Shown: in pieces, positions 41,236 through 54,330 of the stretch | Position numbering within the stretch: the first letter of the stretch is position 1 | Layout of the letters: each line of letters opens with the position of its first letter | DNA from: Octopus sinensis | Lineage: Eukaryota | Assembly (NCBI RefSeq): GCF_006345805.1 | Contig: NC_043008.1 | Coordinates: 17,856,001 to 17,920,000, forward strand | Direction: 5' to 3' | Length of the DNA: 64,000 bases | The notes under the pieces: generated by a model | Told to the model about the DNA's origin: nothing | Databases searched by the model: none | What the model saw: the letters and a program-made list of their open reading frames with translations, nothing else | Translations under genes and position numbers: made by a program

Positions 41236-41463
41236 TCTTTTACTTGTTTTGGCCATTTCACTCCGACAATGCTGAAGCACTGGCTTTAGTCGAAGAAATC
41301 GACCCTAGGACTTACTCTTTGTAAGCCTAGTACTTACTCCGTCGAAATCTTTTGCCGAACCGCCAAGTTACAGGGACGTAAACATGCCAACATCAGTTGT
41401 CAAGCAATGGGGGGGGGAGACAAACACAAGCACACAAATACACACATATATATATATATATGT

Positions 41464-41503
<40 letters not shown>

Positions 41504-41669
41504 ACGACGGACGTCTTTCAGTTTTCGTCTACCAAATCCACTCAAAATGATTTGGTCAGTCCGAGGTTATAGTAGAAGACACCTGTTGAAGGTTCCACGA
41601 AGTGGTACTGAAACCGGCACCATGTGGCTGCGAAGCAAGTATTTTACCACTCAGCCACTCCTGTGCCTA
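41236..41669 (-). mobile_element. Family A SINE, full length, diverged
   Basis: Reverse complement match to family A along its length. Confidence 0.85.
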
Positions 41670-42147
41670 TAAATACACACACAAGTACCGTTCAAGCATT
41701 CTGGAGTAATCCAAGTTATGGTCAACCGCATGTAATATTGATTAATATTGATATATACATTCGAGGTAAGTAATCACAGTATATTTCATCCAATGGGTAA
41801 ATCCTGGTTTCGCTTCGTTTGATTATAAACTGTTTACTGAATGTATATGCAAGGCAATCAAATAAATAAAAATAATTATACATCTAGAATTTTTGTCATT
41901 ACAGTCAATTACACAACATATATTATATATGTCTTAGTCCGACATGTGTTTCTTTTGTATGGATATCTCATAATGCGGTTTGTATTCGAAATGTCTTCAA
42001 AAGAAAATTTGATACTGAGTTACTAAAGATACAATGCTCGAGTAAAACTACGAAAGTCTGTAATATACACGAGGCATCTTTTAGAATAATTAACATGAGC
42101 GAAGAAAAATCCACAACCAGCATACACACAGGATCTTCAAAGGATTT

Positions 42148-42530
42148 AAGGCGGCGAGCTGGCAGAAACGATAGCACGCCGGGCGAAATGCTGAGCAGTA
42201 TTTCGTCTGCCGTTACGTTCTGGGGGGAGTTCAAATTCCGTCGAGGGCGACTTTGCCTTTCATCCTTTCGGGGTCGATTAAATAAGTAGCAGTTACGCAC
42301 TGGGGTCGATGTAATCGACTTAATCCGTTTGTGTGTCCTTGTTTGACCTCTCTGTGTTTAGCCCCCTTGTGGGTAGTAAAGAAATAGGTATTTCCTCTGC
42401 CGCTACGTCCTTAGTTCAAATTCCACCGAGGTCGACTTTGCATAAATTAAGTACCATTTGCGTAATTAGGTTGATCAAATCGCCTAGCCCCCTCCCCAAA
42501 ATCTCGTGTCTTGTGCCTAGAAGAAAAAAG
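42148..42530 (+). mobile_element. Family B SINE, dimeric, with a 19-bp target-site duplication
   Basis: aggatcttcaaaggattta (42130-42148) before and aggatcttcaatggattta (42529-42547) after. Confidence 0.9.
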
Positions 42531-43509
42531 GATCTTCAATGGATTTAGAACACGTGTTTTAATATTGTGTAAAAATGGAAGGAAAAAGTTTATAGAAATT
42601 TGTATAGATGGTAAAAACGCAAAATACTGTCCGCAAACAGGTTTCTAAATGAAGAAAATAGAAAGCATTTTAAATCAAATCATTGTTAATTATCAAAACA
42701 TCAGAAGTGAAAGTTTTACATATCGAATTGCATAACGATTGTTCATCAATCTATAAGGGTGATCAACACGATGACTCGTGAAAATTAACCGAAATGATTG
42801 GATTCCGTTCTCCAAAACAAATATTTAATGCTGACACGAAGACATTATTCAGGAAAAAAGAAACGCAAAATAGAACGTCTATATCAAGAAGTTAAAAGTC
42901 GCTAGCGAAGCGACATCATCGACACATCGAATTATATTATTATACAGCTGTAAGGCATTACATGAAAGCTTTCTTACGACACAGCTAAAATGTTAATCTG
43001 CAGTGATTTTATTTTACTGGTGTAAATATAAACAAGAACACGGGCATCCACCTTTGTATATGTACGTGTGTATATTTGTATGTGTGTGTGAGAGAGAGAG
43101 AGAGAGAATGAGAGACAGACAGAGACTGAGAGACAGAGAATGGAGGAAGTACAGAAGATTAAATTAACGCGGATCAGCAAGAATCATTCACAAAATCCCT
43201 CATACGGTTAACAAACTCAGCAAGGTCATTCATGGTTGCAATATGAACGCTTTTCATCCCAGAACACGGTTTGTAGCCCAATATGACGCGTAATTAAACT
43301 TGTTACAAAAGCAATAACATGTAAGAGCAACATTTTCATTTCATTATTGCCCACTGAGAGCACTTTCGTATAAACATCCTGAAACATTGTAATAGGGCTA
43401 ACCACAGCGTGTTGCTGTATAAAGCAAAAATATATAGGAAAGCGGAAGGAAAGGTAATGACTATATACACGGAACATATTAAGTTATTTGATAAATATTA
43501 AAAACAGAA

Positions 43510-43970
<461 letters not shown>

Positions 43971-44144
43971 ACATCTTAAAAAGACGGTAAAATCATGCTA
44001 TAATTTAGATTAAGAGCAGAACATAGATTAGATAAACCACACCCGAAGGAACGAGAATCTATCTTCTAAATTAAATGAGAACACAGCAAAGCTATGAACA
44101 AACTCCACTTCCTATTCTCTTCATTTTACGCAATTCCAACATAG

Positions 44145-44204
44145 AATACCTTCAGAAATCAGTCGTGATTTGAACCCCCGTGTGATTGTTAGCTGTTGGC
44201 ACAG
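44145..44204 (+). CDS. Candidate internal exon (60 nt, phase 2-2); reads IPSEISRDLNPRVIVSCWH
   Basis: Pyrimidine-rich tract with tag| acceptor and CAG|gtaatt donor. Only the phase-2 frame is open. Confidence 0.5.
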
Positions 44205-44503
44205 GTAATTGATCAAGGTCTTGGTTCCTCTTCACATATGTGGTAAATGGTTATCTGGAAATAACAATTTAGGTGCCTTAACGTTGCTATTATTGTATCT
44301 ATTGTAGTTTTCCATTGTGTCCTTTCCTTTGATTTTTCAGGTTTCCACAACATAAAGCACGCATTTGGTTCTTACTTCTACATGTGTTATAGGTTTTGTT
44401 TCTGTCGTGAACTGTCAGTTTTATTTCTTTCCCCTTTGCACCACAGTGCTGTACAGGTCATGATTGCACTGTAGTTTACCAGAACCAGCAAGACGAAGCA
44501 GCA

Positions 44504-44700
44504 GGCGGTGAGATAGCAGAAACGTTAGCACGCCGGGCGAAATGCTTTGCGGTATTTCGTCTGCCGCTACGTTCTGAGTTCAAATTCCGCCAAGGTCGAC
44601 TTTGCCTTTCATCCTTTCAGGGGTCGATAAATTAAGCACCAGTTACGCACTGGGGTCGATGTAATCGACTAAATCCGTTTGTCTGTCCTTAAAAGAAATA
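44504..44700 (+). mobile_element. Family B SINE
   Basis: Head and core match family B. Confidence 0.85.
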
Positions 44701-45611
44701 AGAACCAGCTGGACTACATTCCGCTGTATATCATGCCTGATTATCTCAACATATCTGCTCATACGTTTGCGCTAGTATCAGTCCAAATCAAGAGCTGATA
44801 TCAAGCCGAATATCTTTTTAATGTTTCTGTTTTTTTAATTGTTTGTTTTGTTTTGTGTTTCGCCATAATACATTATATCACATTACCACACATTGCCGCA
44901 CGAGTTTGTAAGCAAGTATGTGACGTAGCGAGACATCCCGTTGCCTAAACAAGCCATCCTTCTGAGGACAAGATACATTGAAATGTGAAGTATATTTATT
45001 ACATTTAAATAATGTTTTATAAATGAATAATTAGAAATGTATGCGTTCTTATCCAAGAAACAGTTGTAGGTTTAGAATAAAGACAAAATCGCCGCCGTGA
45101 AACTTTGTCTACATATAAATATATAATTATGTGTGTGTATTTGAGTGCGCGTGTGTTTCGCATTTTATTACACACGCACTCATATTTGTGTGCGTATATA
45201 TGCATGTAAGTGTGTATACAGAAGGGAACCAGTGATATTCTAATTATGTCGAAGTACCCCGATACACATCAACGTATGTAGAGGACTAATATACGTAGTG
45301 AAAATAATCGAAATACTGCCATACTTACATACTTAATACTCAAATCTCAAATATATTGATAAATAAATTCTGAATAGAACGAAGCGATAGAAATGGCAAT
45401 CCAATCCAAATCTATTTCTCTAGTCATATGATAATTTTGCGTGGTCACACATACAAAATTCTCTCAATATTAAAGAGACACATTGACAGAGCCCATTCTT
45501 TGACTCTGAGTAGAGTACTGCCTTCAAATCTCATCGTGAACGTCTATGCCGTCTTTTGTGGTTTCGGTTCATAAATACTCGTCAATTACTGGCGAGGATC
45601 AACTAACTACC

Positions 45612-45824
45612 CTATAGTCCAGTGTGGTGCGTGGGGTGATGTAAACGGGCAGTGTTAGAGCTATACCATCGGGAACTTCGGTTCCTGGTAGGGCCACCCA
45701 AGGCGGATTGGTCTGGCACCGAGCGGTGTTAGGGCCGCAGACTAGCCAACGGTGTAAATTCCAAGAGGCGTCTGATCGGCAACTGGCTGCTCACATATGC
45801 ACCCTTCACACCACGCAGGGTTCA
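45612..45824. repeat. GC-rich block with short imperfect terminal inverted repeats (possible MITE)
   Basis: accct..gtgtggtgcgtggggtg at the left; cacccttcacaccacgcagggt at the right. Confidence 0.4.
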
Positions 45825-46549
45825 AGATATGTAGGAAAATATATAATATATATATAATGTACATTTAGCAGGACACATATTTGCTGTTTAAATCTTGTGA
45901 ACTGAAGACTATAGTTAGTTTACCACAGAGCTACCCTGAACAACAGTTGACATTGCCACGTTGTCTGCAATTGTAAAGAGCGTCTTCAACGAAGCAGAAG
46001 AGTTTGACATAATGGCGACGTGTACAGTGTTTACTACATAGATGTACACTTTAGTGTCAACCAATAAAATATCTTCACTGAGGTTCATGGCAATTATTTA
46101 TCAATAAAACGAATAATAACACATAAAATGTACAATCGACAAAAAAAAAGACTGTTCTATTTCGAAAAATAAAACGATACCTTCGAGCTATAATAAAGAT
46201 ATTACGATACATTTATCGATATATATATATAGTGGCTTAGGTGCATAGCATTTAAAATGGCGCTGTAGCTATTTGTTTAGTAGCCTAACGCATTCCAAAT
46301 AAGTAGAGATGCAAAATTTTAACCCGTTTAAAAGGATGTAAATGACCTTCAGACACACCTGATTTTCCTCAAAGATATTAATATTACGTGTATAAATAAA
46401 AAATAAATATTATTCATTCAGAATGCCTTTTTCTTTATACCTTGTTAATTTTGAAATAACCGCTGAGAAATCTGTACGGTTTCGCTTAGAATCCTCGCAT
46501 TTGTAAAGAAACATATGCTGAAGAATACACGCACACACATACACACTCA

Positions 46550-46656
<107 letters not shown>

Positions 46657-46758
46657 CACCACGCACACACAAACATACACACAAATATACACACGCAAAC
46701 ACACGCAAGCACACACACATATACATACATATACCTACAGACACGCAACACATGTATA

Positions 46759-47495
46759 CGAGATCTGATCAAACGTATAGAGACTGTTGCCATAGTAACG
46801 AAGCTAAAGCACGCCGCATAGAAACATTTGGCAAAGGTTGACCTGCAACTCTGCCGTGTATGGGCACTAAGTTTTAACGTTCTAGCTCGCTTCCGCTGTT
46901 TACCGCAATGCTTGGACGGAAGGTGTGTAGCGTGTGATCGTTGCATTGACCATGACAGAGAAAGTGGTCATGTCGATACCTGCTCAGAGGCCTACGCAAA
47001 GATGCAGAGAAAGTATATAGAAAGGAGTGTATGATCTGCACACAAGTCTACGAGTGGTCTGAACGTTATCAGAGGATGTGCAGAGTAGCTACAATTCCCT
47101 TCGGTCCATTATCACTGAAAATTTCGGTATGAGACGCGTGTTTGTCACGTATATACCAAAACTGCTTTCAGCTGACAAAAATGAAACACGGTTTTCAGTT
47201 GCACAAGATCTCCTTGATTGTGTCAAGAACGATAGGGATCTTTGCGTAGGCCTCTGATCAGTATCGCCAAGCTTATGGCTAAATGTGATGCAGATTCTCT
47301 GCTCAGCTGTCTCTATCAGATGAATGCGACGATCACACGCTACACACTTTCCATCCTCGCACTGCTGTAAACAACGGGTGTAAGCTAGAACATTAAACCT
47401 TAATGCACATGGCCAATCTCTGCCGAGCGACTTCACTCTGCCTGCTTTAGTTTGTTACTATAGCAACAGCCCGGATATTTATTGATCAGTCTGGG
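46759..47495. mobile_element. Mariner deletion derivative made of two inverted 5' ends (fold-back element)
   Basis: TA dinucleotide on both sides. Arms 46759-47003 and 47237-47495 are inverted homologues. Transposase N-terminus AEQRICITFSHKLGDT in the right arm; SIITENFGMRRV..IPKLLSAD..VAQDLLDCV in the spacer. Confidence 0.85.
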
Positions 47496-47657
47496 TATTT
47501 ATACGTGTCTGTGGAGATAGTGTGTTTGGTAAATGAGAATAGAAACGAGGAGAAAAAGCGAAAATATTAAATAGGAACGATATATATATATATATATGCG
47601 TGTGTGTGAGGTGTGTGTGTGTATGGTTGTATGTATATACGTATACACACATATATG

Positions 47658-47740
<83 letters not shown>

Positions 47741-48125
47741 AAATGTAAAAAAATACAAACTGGGACAAGAACGTGAAACATTTAGAAGACGATACAAAAA
47801 ACACTGACGGGACATTCGAAGCCTTCAATCTTCAGTCAAGAACCGGACCATCTTCGCAATTTCGGCTGATTATATACATTGGTGGATAATTCACAAAAGT
47901 AAAAAAAGACGAAGACAGGTGGAGAACAGACGAGGTCGCCAGAATTCTGGAAAAAATTTGTTTTTATTTAGTCATTATTATTAATAGCGCTTTCATCCGT
48001 TTCGCAAACTTGTCAAATAAATTTTTTTTAGTGAATAAACAAACAGGTTGTTTATTTATATAAAAGAGATGCTTTTTTTGTTTTATTTAGACGAGGAGAA
48101 CATTGTTTTTGTGTTTTGTGTTAGG

Positions 48126-48172
<47 letters not shown>

Positions 48173-48592
48173 GTAGGTAGATAGATAGATAGAGAGACAG
48201 ACAGAAAGATACGTAGAAAGAGGCAGAGTGGGGAGAACCCCCTTCTATTTTGACTTCCATTATTTTATTTATTTTATATTTAGTCATTTACCATCCTATG
48301 AGTTCAAGGATGGTGATCTGTGCTAAGGGCATATTTCTCTTTTTGACCTTTTTTGTTTTTTCCGTTTTTTTCTTCTTCTGAAGGTGCCAGAAGGCAAATA
48401 GATATGTTTCTATTAAAATCTAAATGTGTGTGTGTGTGTGTGTGCGTGAGTGTGTGTGAGTGTGTGCGTGTGTGCGCATGCGTCCCTATGTGTTCATGTG
48501 TTTGGAAATATATCTGTCTACACTGTGTACATTCGATGTTTTGCATTGAAAAATAAAGTCAGGTTTCTTTTAATTTCATGCTTTTGCACATA

Positions 48593-48988
48593 TAGGCGCA
48601 GGAGTGGCTGTGTGGTAAGTAGCTTGCTAACCAACCACATGGTTCCGGGTTCAATCCCACTGCGTGGCATCTTGGTCAAGTGTCTTCTGCTATAGCCCCG
48701 GGCCGACCAATGCCATCTGAGTGGATTTGGTAGACGGAAACTGAAAGAAGCCTGTCGTATATATGTATATGTGCATGTGTGTGTCTGTGTTTGTCCCCCT
48801 AGCATTGCTTGACAACCGATGCTGGTGTATTTACGTCCCCGTCACTTAGCGGTTCGGCAAAAGAGACCGATAGAATAAGTACTGGGCTTACAAAGAATAA
48901 GTCCCGGGGTCGATTTGCTCGACTAAAAGGCGGTGCTCCAGCATGGCCGCAGTCAAATGACTGAAACAAGTAAAAGAGTAAAAGAGTA
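48593..48988 (+). mobile_element. Family A SINE, full length
   Basis: aggcgcaggagtggctgtgtggtaag..cagtcaaatgactgaaacaagtaaaagagta. Confidence 0.9.
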
Positions 48989-49401
48989 TATATGCGCATG
49001 CACACGCGCACACGCGCACCCACGCACATACACATGCGCGCACATTCACAAACGCACGCATATTTAAATTTTCATAGACCCTTTACTCTTCCCTCTAGCA
49101 CCTTAAGAAAAAAAAATGAAACAAAGAGAAAAACAATGAGACCCTCATTGTTCACCGCACCCCTTCGTAGGAGAGCTGACTATCCTTGAGCTCATTTCAG
49201 TTGAACGGTAAATGACTTAATAAATATATCAAAATTGAAGAGGAGTGCCGTCCTCCCCCTTCTCTCTCTCTATCTGTCTGTCTGCCTATCTATCTATCTT
49301 CATTGTCCTGGGCCTCTACCCCACCAAAAATTTAAAAAAAACAAAAAACAATGCACTCGTCTAAACAAAGCAAAAATTTAAAAAAAATCTGTACCTGATG
49401 G

Positions 49402-49830
49402 TACTCTTTTACTCTCTTTTACTCTTTTACTTGTTTCAGTCATTTGACTGCGGCCATGCTGGAGCACCGCCTTTACTCGAGCAACTCGACCCCGGTACTT
49501 ATTCTTTTGTAAGCCCCGTGCTTATTCTATCGATCTCTTTTGCCGAACCGCTAAGTGACGGGGACATAAACACACCAGCATCGGTTGTCAAGCAATGCTA
49601 GGGGACAAACACAGACACACAAACTCACACACGCATACATATATATATATATATATACATATATACGACAGGCTTCTTTCAGTTTCCGTCTACCAAATCC
49701 ACTCACAAGGCTTTGGTCGGCCCGAGGCTATAGTAGAAGACACTTGCCCAAGGTGCCACGCAGTGGGACTGAACCTGGAACCATGTGGTTGGTAGACAAG
49801 CTACTTGCCACAGAGCCACTCCTGCGCCTA
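49402..49830 (-). mobile_element. Family A SINE, full length, tail-to-tail with the 48593 copy
   Basis: Reverse complement match to family A. Confidence 0.9.
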
Positions 49831-49974
49831 CATTCACAAAAATAACAAAATCACTCATAATAATGAGTAAATAAAAAAGTTATTTTTCCAAAATTCTAGC
49901 GACCTCCTCTTTGCTCAATATTCAATATTTTTACACCACTTAGAACATTCTATACATATATTGTGGAATTACGT

Positions 49975-50240
49975 CGATTACGACGACGAGGGTTCCAGTT
50001 AATCCGATCAACCGAACAGCCAGCTCGTGAAATTAACGTGCAAGTGGCTGAGCACTCCACAGACATGTGTACCCTTAAGATAGTACTTGGGGAGATTCAG
50101 CGTGACACAATGTGTGACAAGGCTGACCCTTTGAATTACAGTTACAACAGAAACAGAAAGAAAGAGTGAGAGAAAGTTGTGGTGAATGAGTACAGCAGGG
50201 GTCGCCACCCCCACCCCCTGCCGGAGCCTTGTGAAGCTTT
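49975..50240 (-). mobile_element. SINE 3' part; a matching tRNA-like head remnant lies at ~51370-51468 beyond the DNA transposon
   Basis: gacgacgagggttccag..gtgacaaggctgaccctttgaa tail; gaatcgaaaccgcg..tctccac head remnant. Confidence 0.6.
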
Positions 50241-50251
50241 AGATATTTTGG

Positions 50252-51366
50252 GGGATCTCTTCAATTTGACGGCCAGATTTTAAAATTATTTTTTAAAACT
50301 AAACACTTTGAAACTTCAGATACTGGTAGAATATGTCACATAGAACATGATTTTAATCTTGACGTTGTTGACAAAATTTTGTATTTTAGAAGTTATTTCA
50401 TGGTAAAGTTGTCGTATTTGGTTAATTTTAACCAATCAATGACGTGTATTCAGCTGAAGAAAATTACTACTGCTGTTTGGAAACAACAACTTCCGGGACC
50501 CCTCCCCCAACAAAACCCTTCTTTAGTAACCAGAGATGTTTTTATGGCAACATAGGTTTGCTGTATCAGGGTTGACTTGAGGCTAAATAACAACAAAATT
50601 ATCACTGAAACAGACCAACGATGGATCCTGTATGTGGTTGCATGACTTGCTAGAAAAAGTAGCCAAACCTTTTTTTATATTCAGAATAGAAAAATCTCGA
50701 TCCTGTGATATACGCAGAGAGTCCATTATGTCTGGGAAGAAAGACGGAATGGTCACAGTTGGGACGTCTTTGATCATATCTGTTCAATGAGATCCGACTC
50801 GGGACTAAACAACAAGTGATGAAGGGAACGAGACGAGGCAACGAGAGAGCCTTTACCTGGTCGCTCGAGTTGCTAGAAAGAGCAACCAAATCTTCCTGAG
50901 AAAAAGAAAAATGAAATTTCCATCTTCAAAAAAAAAATAATGCAAGTTTATATTATTTTATAATGTTCGCTTAGGAATTCATTACTTCTAGAAAATAATA
51001 AGACAAAATGGTTATATTCCAAATATTGGGATTCACTTGACTGGCGAAATTTATTTAGATTTTCGTATGAAATAAATAGAAAATGGTATGGGAACTCGGT
51101 ACATACTATGACAAATATCCAGTGTGGTTCGAAAGTTGTCTCACGGATCGTGTGACTAAGTCACAGACTTTTTTATTTAATCTTCTTTTACTAAACAGTT
51201 TGAAACTTTGGATACTGTTTGAAGGTGTCTGAGGATTTTTCTATTCTGTACATAAAAAAGCTTTGACTATTTTTTCTCGCAGGTCATGCAACGAGTATAC
51301 GAAGTTTCAAAGTGTTTAGTTAAAAAATTAATTAAAAAAATCTGGCCATCAAAGTGAAAAGATACG
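50252..51366. mobile_element. Non-autonomous DNA transposon with ~80-bp imperfect TIRs, ends related to the 18.7 kb MITE
   Basis: gggatctcttcaatttgacggccagatttt..ctaaacactttgaaacttc at the left; inverse gaagtttcaaagtgtttagtt..aaaatctggccatcaaagtgaaaagatac at the right. Confidence 0.75.
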
Positions 51367-51827
51367 TTTTTGCTCAACAAACACTCACAACGCCCCCGTC
51401 TGTGAATCGAAACCGCGATTCAATGACCGCGAATCCGCTACCTTAGAAACAGGGGCGTTGCATCTCCACACACACACACACACATATGTGTGTATGTTAA
51501 CCCGTTTATTTGTGTGTGAAAGGCCTCGACAATTTATGGGTATAAAAATTTTCACTTAATCAAAGCCTGCAATACTGATATTCCAAGTATTCGAACGGAA
51601 ATGCGCATCTAACGAGATCTTGAAACTGCTAGAGTTAGGCTTAATGCAAATTGCACGGATAAACACTTAAGTAATTAGAAATATATGACCCAGACACAGA
51701 GAGCGAACAATTTGTATTAATGCGATTCATGCTGATGAAGTCGTATAATTGGAATTAGCGACACAATATATTCAACGGCTGACAAAATAAACACGAGTAA
51801 TATCACGCGAAAATGTGATTATCAATG

Positions 51828-51829
<2 letters not shown>

Positions 51830-51902
<73 letters not shown>

Positions 51903-51970
51903 TTTTTTTTTTTTATTATTATTATCATCATCATCATCATCATCATCATCATCGTCATCATCATCATCAT
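51830..51970. repeat. (ATT)n-polyT-(ATC)n microsatellite
   Basis: Direct inspection. Confidence 0.98.
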
Positions 51971-52150
51971 TAAAGTGAAGAGGTGGCAGAAGCGTTAAGC
52001 ACGCCGGGCCAAATGCTGAGCGGTAATTCGTCTTCCGCTATGTTCTGAGCTAAAACTCCCCCGGGGTCGATAAATAAAGTACCAGTGGAACATTGGGGTC
52101 GATTTAATCGACTAGATCCTCCCCACAAATGTAAAGCCTTGTGTCTCAAT
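51971..52150 (+). mobile_element. Degenerate family B SINE with an internal deletion
   Basis: ggtggcagaagcgttaagcacgccgggc..ggggtcgataaataaagtaccag. Confidence 0.7.
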
Positions 52151-52169
52151 TAGAAATGAATATTATTAT

Positions 52170-52425
52170 TATCGAGTGAGAAAGCAGTGCATGCGATCAA
52201 AGTGAAACTGGGGTAAAAATATGCGAAGCCCAGTACACCCATCATGACTAACTGTCTTATAAGGATACACTAGGCACATGCATCACAACCATATGTGCGC
52301 AACATGGGGATCTCATATCAAGATAAACAGCACATGATCTTGCAGGTGGGGCCCAGTTAGAATTTTCTTCTGGTCGTGTAACCCATCCCGCTCAAAAGGT
52401 CCCTGAATAATGGTTGTATAAGGAG
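52170..52425. repeat. Interspersed repeat of uncertain class
   Basis: GC-richer block resembling a repeat I recall from Octopus sequence. Single copy in this window, so it is not verifiable here. Confidence 0.4.
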
Positions 52426-52688
52426 GATATGGTATAGTCTGTTAAGAACGTAGCAAAATACAATATAAAGCTCGTTTACCTTGAGATTTCACCATGTGCT
52501 ATTCAGTAGTGGTATTATACGGAGTTCGTGGTTTGCGCTTGGGACGTCTGTCGAGTGCGAATGCATTATAGAGAAAATTTTGAGTAAAAAAAATGGAGAA
52601 CGGCTGGATATTTGATTTCAGTCACAACAAATATTTCTACGTAACGTAATTCTCCAGTCGTTCCTACTTGTTGACTCCAAATTCTTTG

Positions 52689-52746
<58 letters not shown>

Positions 52747-52752
52747 ATGAAG

Positions 52753-52787
<35 letters not shown>

Positions 52788-53079
52788 CAATTCTTTTTTA
52801 TTAGCCACAAGGGCTGACACGCATGATTACATAAAGGGACAAGACAGGACGAAAGGTTACAAAGGGTTTTGTCCGTTTGTTAAAAAAATCCGTGTAAAAA
52901 ACTTTATAACAATGATTATTAAAACAATGAAAAACTCCCAAAAGGGGGAGACGTTTCGAAAGGTTCCTGGTGGAAAACCCTACAAAAGCCAACGGGAGCC
53001 TGGTCAAAAAAAGGGGGGTGTAGAGAGTCCCCTTTTTTTCTCCTTTTACATTACCTTTTTTTGAAATCACAGGCGAAAC

Positions 53080-54330
53080 CAGTTGCAAGCCCACAGACTT
53101 TACCGCGTTAATCTTTGCCCCTGTCACCGCTTCGTACTGGTTTAGCGTCTCGCCAATCAGGCCAATGTGCCTGTGGCTCGACACCACCACGGTGACGTCG
53201 TCGGCATAGGCAGACACGCTGTTTCCGCCTCCTAGATCGCGCGGGATACCCCTCAAAGCGTCCAACTTGCGCAGTAATGGCTCGAGAGTCAAAATGTACA
53301 AGAAGGAGGAGAGAGGGCATCCTTGGCGGACCGAACGCGAGATGTCGAACGGTTCCGAAAGGTGACCGTTCACCCCTATCACCGAGCAGATGTTGCTGTA
53401 TAAAGCAGCGATCCACCTGCGGAAGACTGGACCGAAGCCGGCTGCCCTGAGGACAGCTGCCATACCGATGGTCGACCCTATCGAAGGCTTTACTCTGATC
53501 CAAGTTGATCAAGCCCCACCCGCGCCAGCGTCGTTACCCACCCTCTCTATGATGTAGCGCATGAGATGGAGGTTGTCGTGTATCGACCTGGTCGGCACGG
53601 CGCATGTCTGCGTCTTGCCGACCAGCTTATCCACGACAAGCGCCAATCTCTTGGCTAGCACCTTGGCCAAAATCTTCAACTCTGCATTGAGCAGAGTGAT
53701 GGGCCGGAAATTCCCTATAACGTCCCCCTTGTTTGGGTCCTTCTTTAGCAAAGCCACCAACCCCTCGACAGACAAAAGCAGGAATTCTCCCGTTTTGCTG
53801 CCAGTTGCAGTAGACGTTTGCCAACAGGTCCGCAAACAAGTCTGGCATTGAAAAGTAAAGCTCGTAGGGCAGACCATCCAAACCCGGCGATCTACCTCTC
53901 GTGCAACTCTTCATCGCTTCCTGTACTTCCCAGGCAGATATCGGTCCTTCGCAGCACTCTGCCTCGCTGTCCGAGAGTTGCGGTAGGCCGTCCAGGTACA
54001 CACCAAAGTCTGCACCGTTGTCCGTTCCACCGCTCGTCCCAAACAGTTGAGCAAAGTGCCGCTGAAGCACCGTACACATCTGTTCGGTTCGGTAACCTCG
54101 CGCCCGTTCTGGTCCACCAAAGACCGAATGGTTGCTCTGTTGCCTCGCTTCGCCTCCGCCACGCGGGCCCATCGAGCGGCTCTAGTCCCCTCCCCGCTTA
54201 GCGAACGTGCCTTAGCTCTGACAACGCAGCCTTCGTGTTTGGCGTCGAAGTGTTGGTCGAGGGCCAACCTTGCCGCCAACACGTCGGTCGCGATGCCAGT
54301 GTCAAGAGCCTCGTCTAGTTTCTTAACTAA
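53080..54330 (-). pseudogene. LINE ORF2 reverse transcriptase domain (frameshifted, truncated after the YADD region)
   Basis: Across successive frames: RSPGLDGLPYELY, NFRPITLLNAELKILAKVLA, INLDQSKAFDRVDH, VRQGCPLS, SAYADDVT, GAKIN. Confidence 0.93.

Noticed and set aside
43150-43480. TVFWDEK string suggesting another mariner remnant
   Set aside because: A single short motif without supporting neighbours or TIRs.
44447-44507. Strong acceptor followed by CCTGHDCTVVYQNQQDEA
   Set aside because: The donor lies in a SINE head, and the phase needed to follow exon 44145-44204 hits a stop.
51725-51775. CTGATGA-AGTCG..CGAC motif
   Set aside because: Followed by ACAAT rather than GAAA; no stem I or III.
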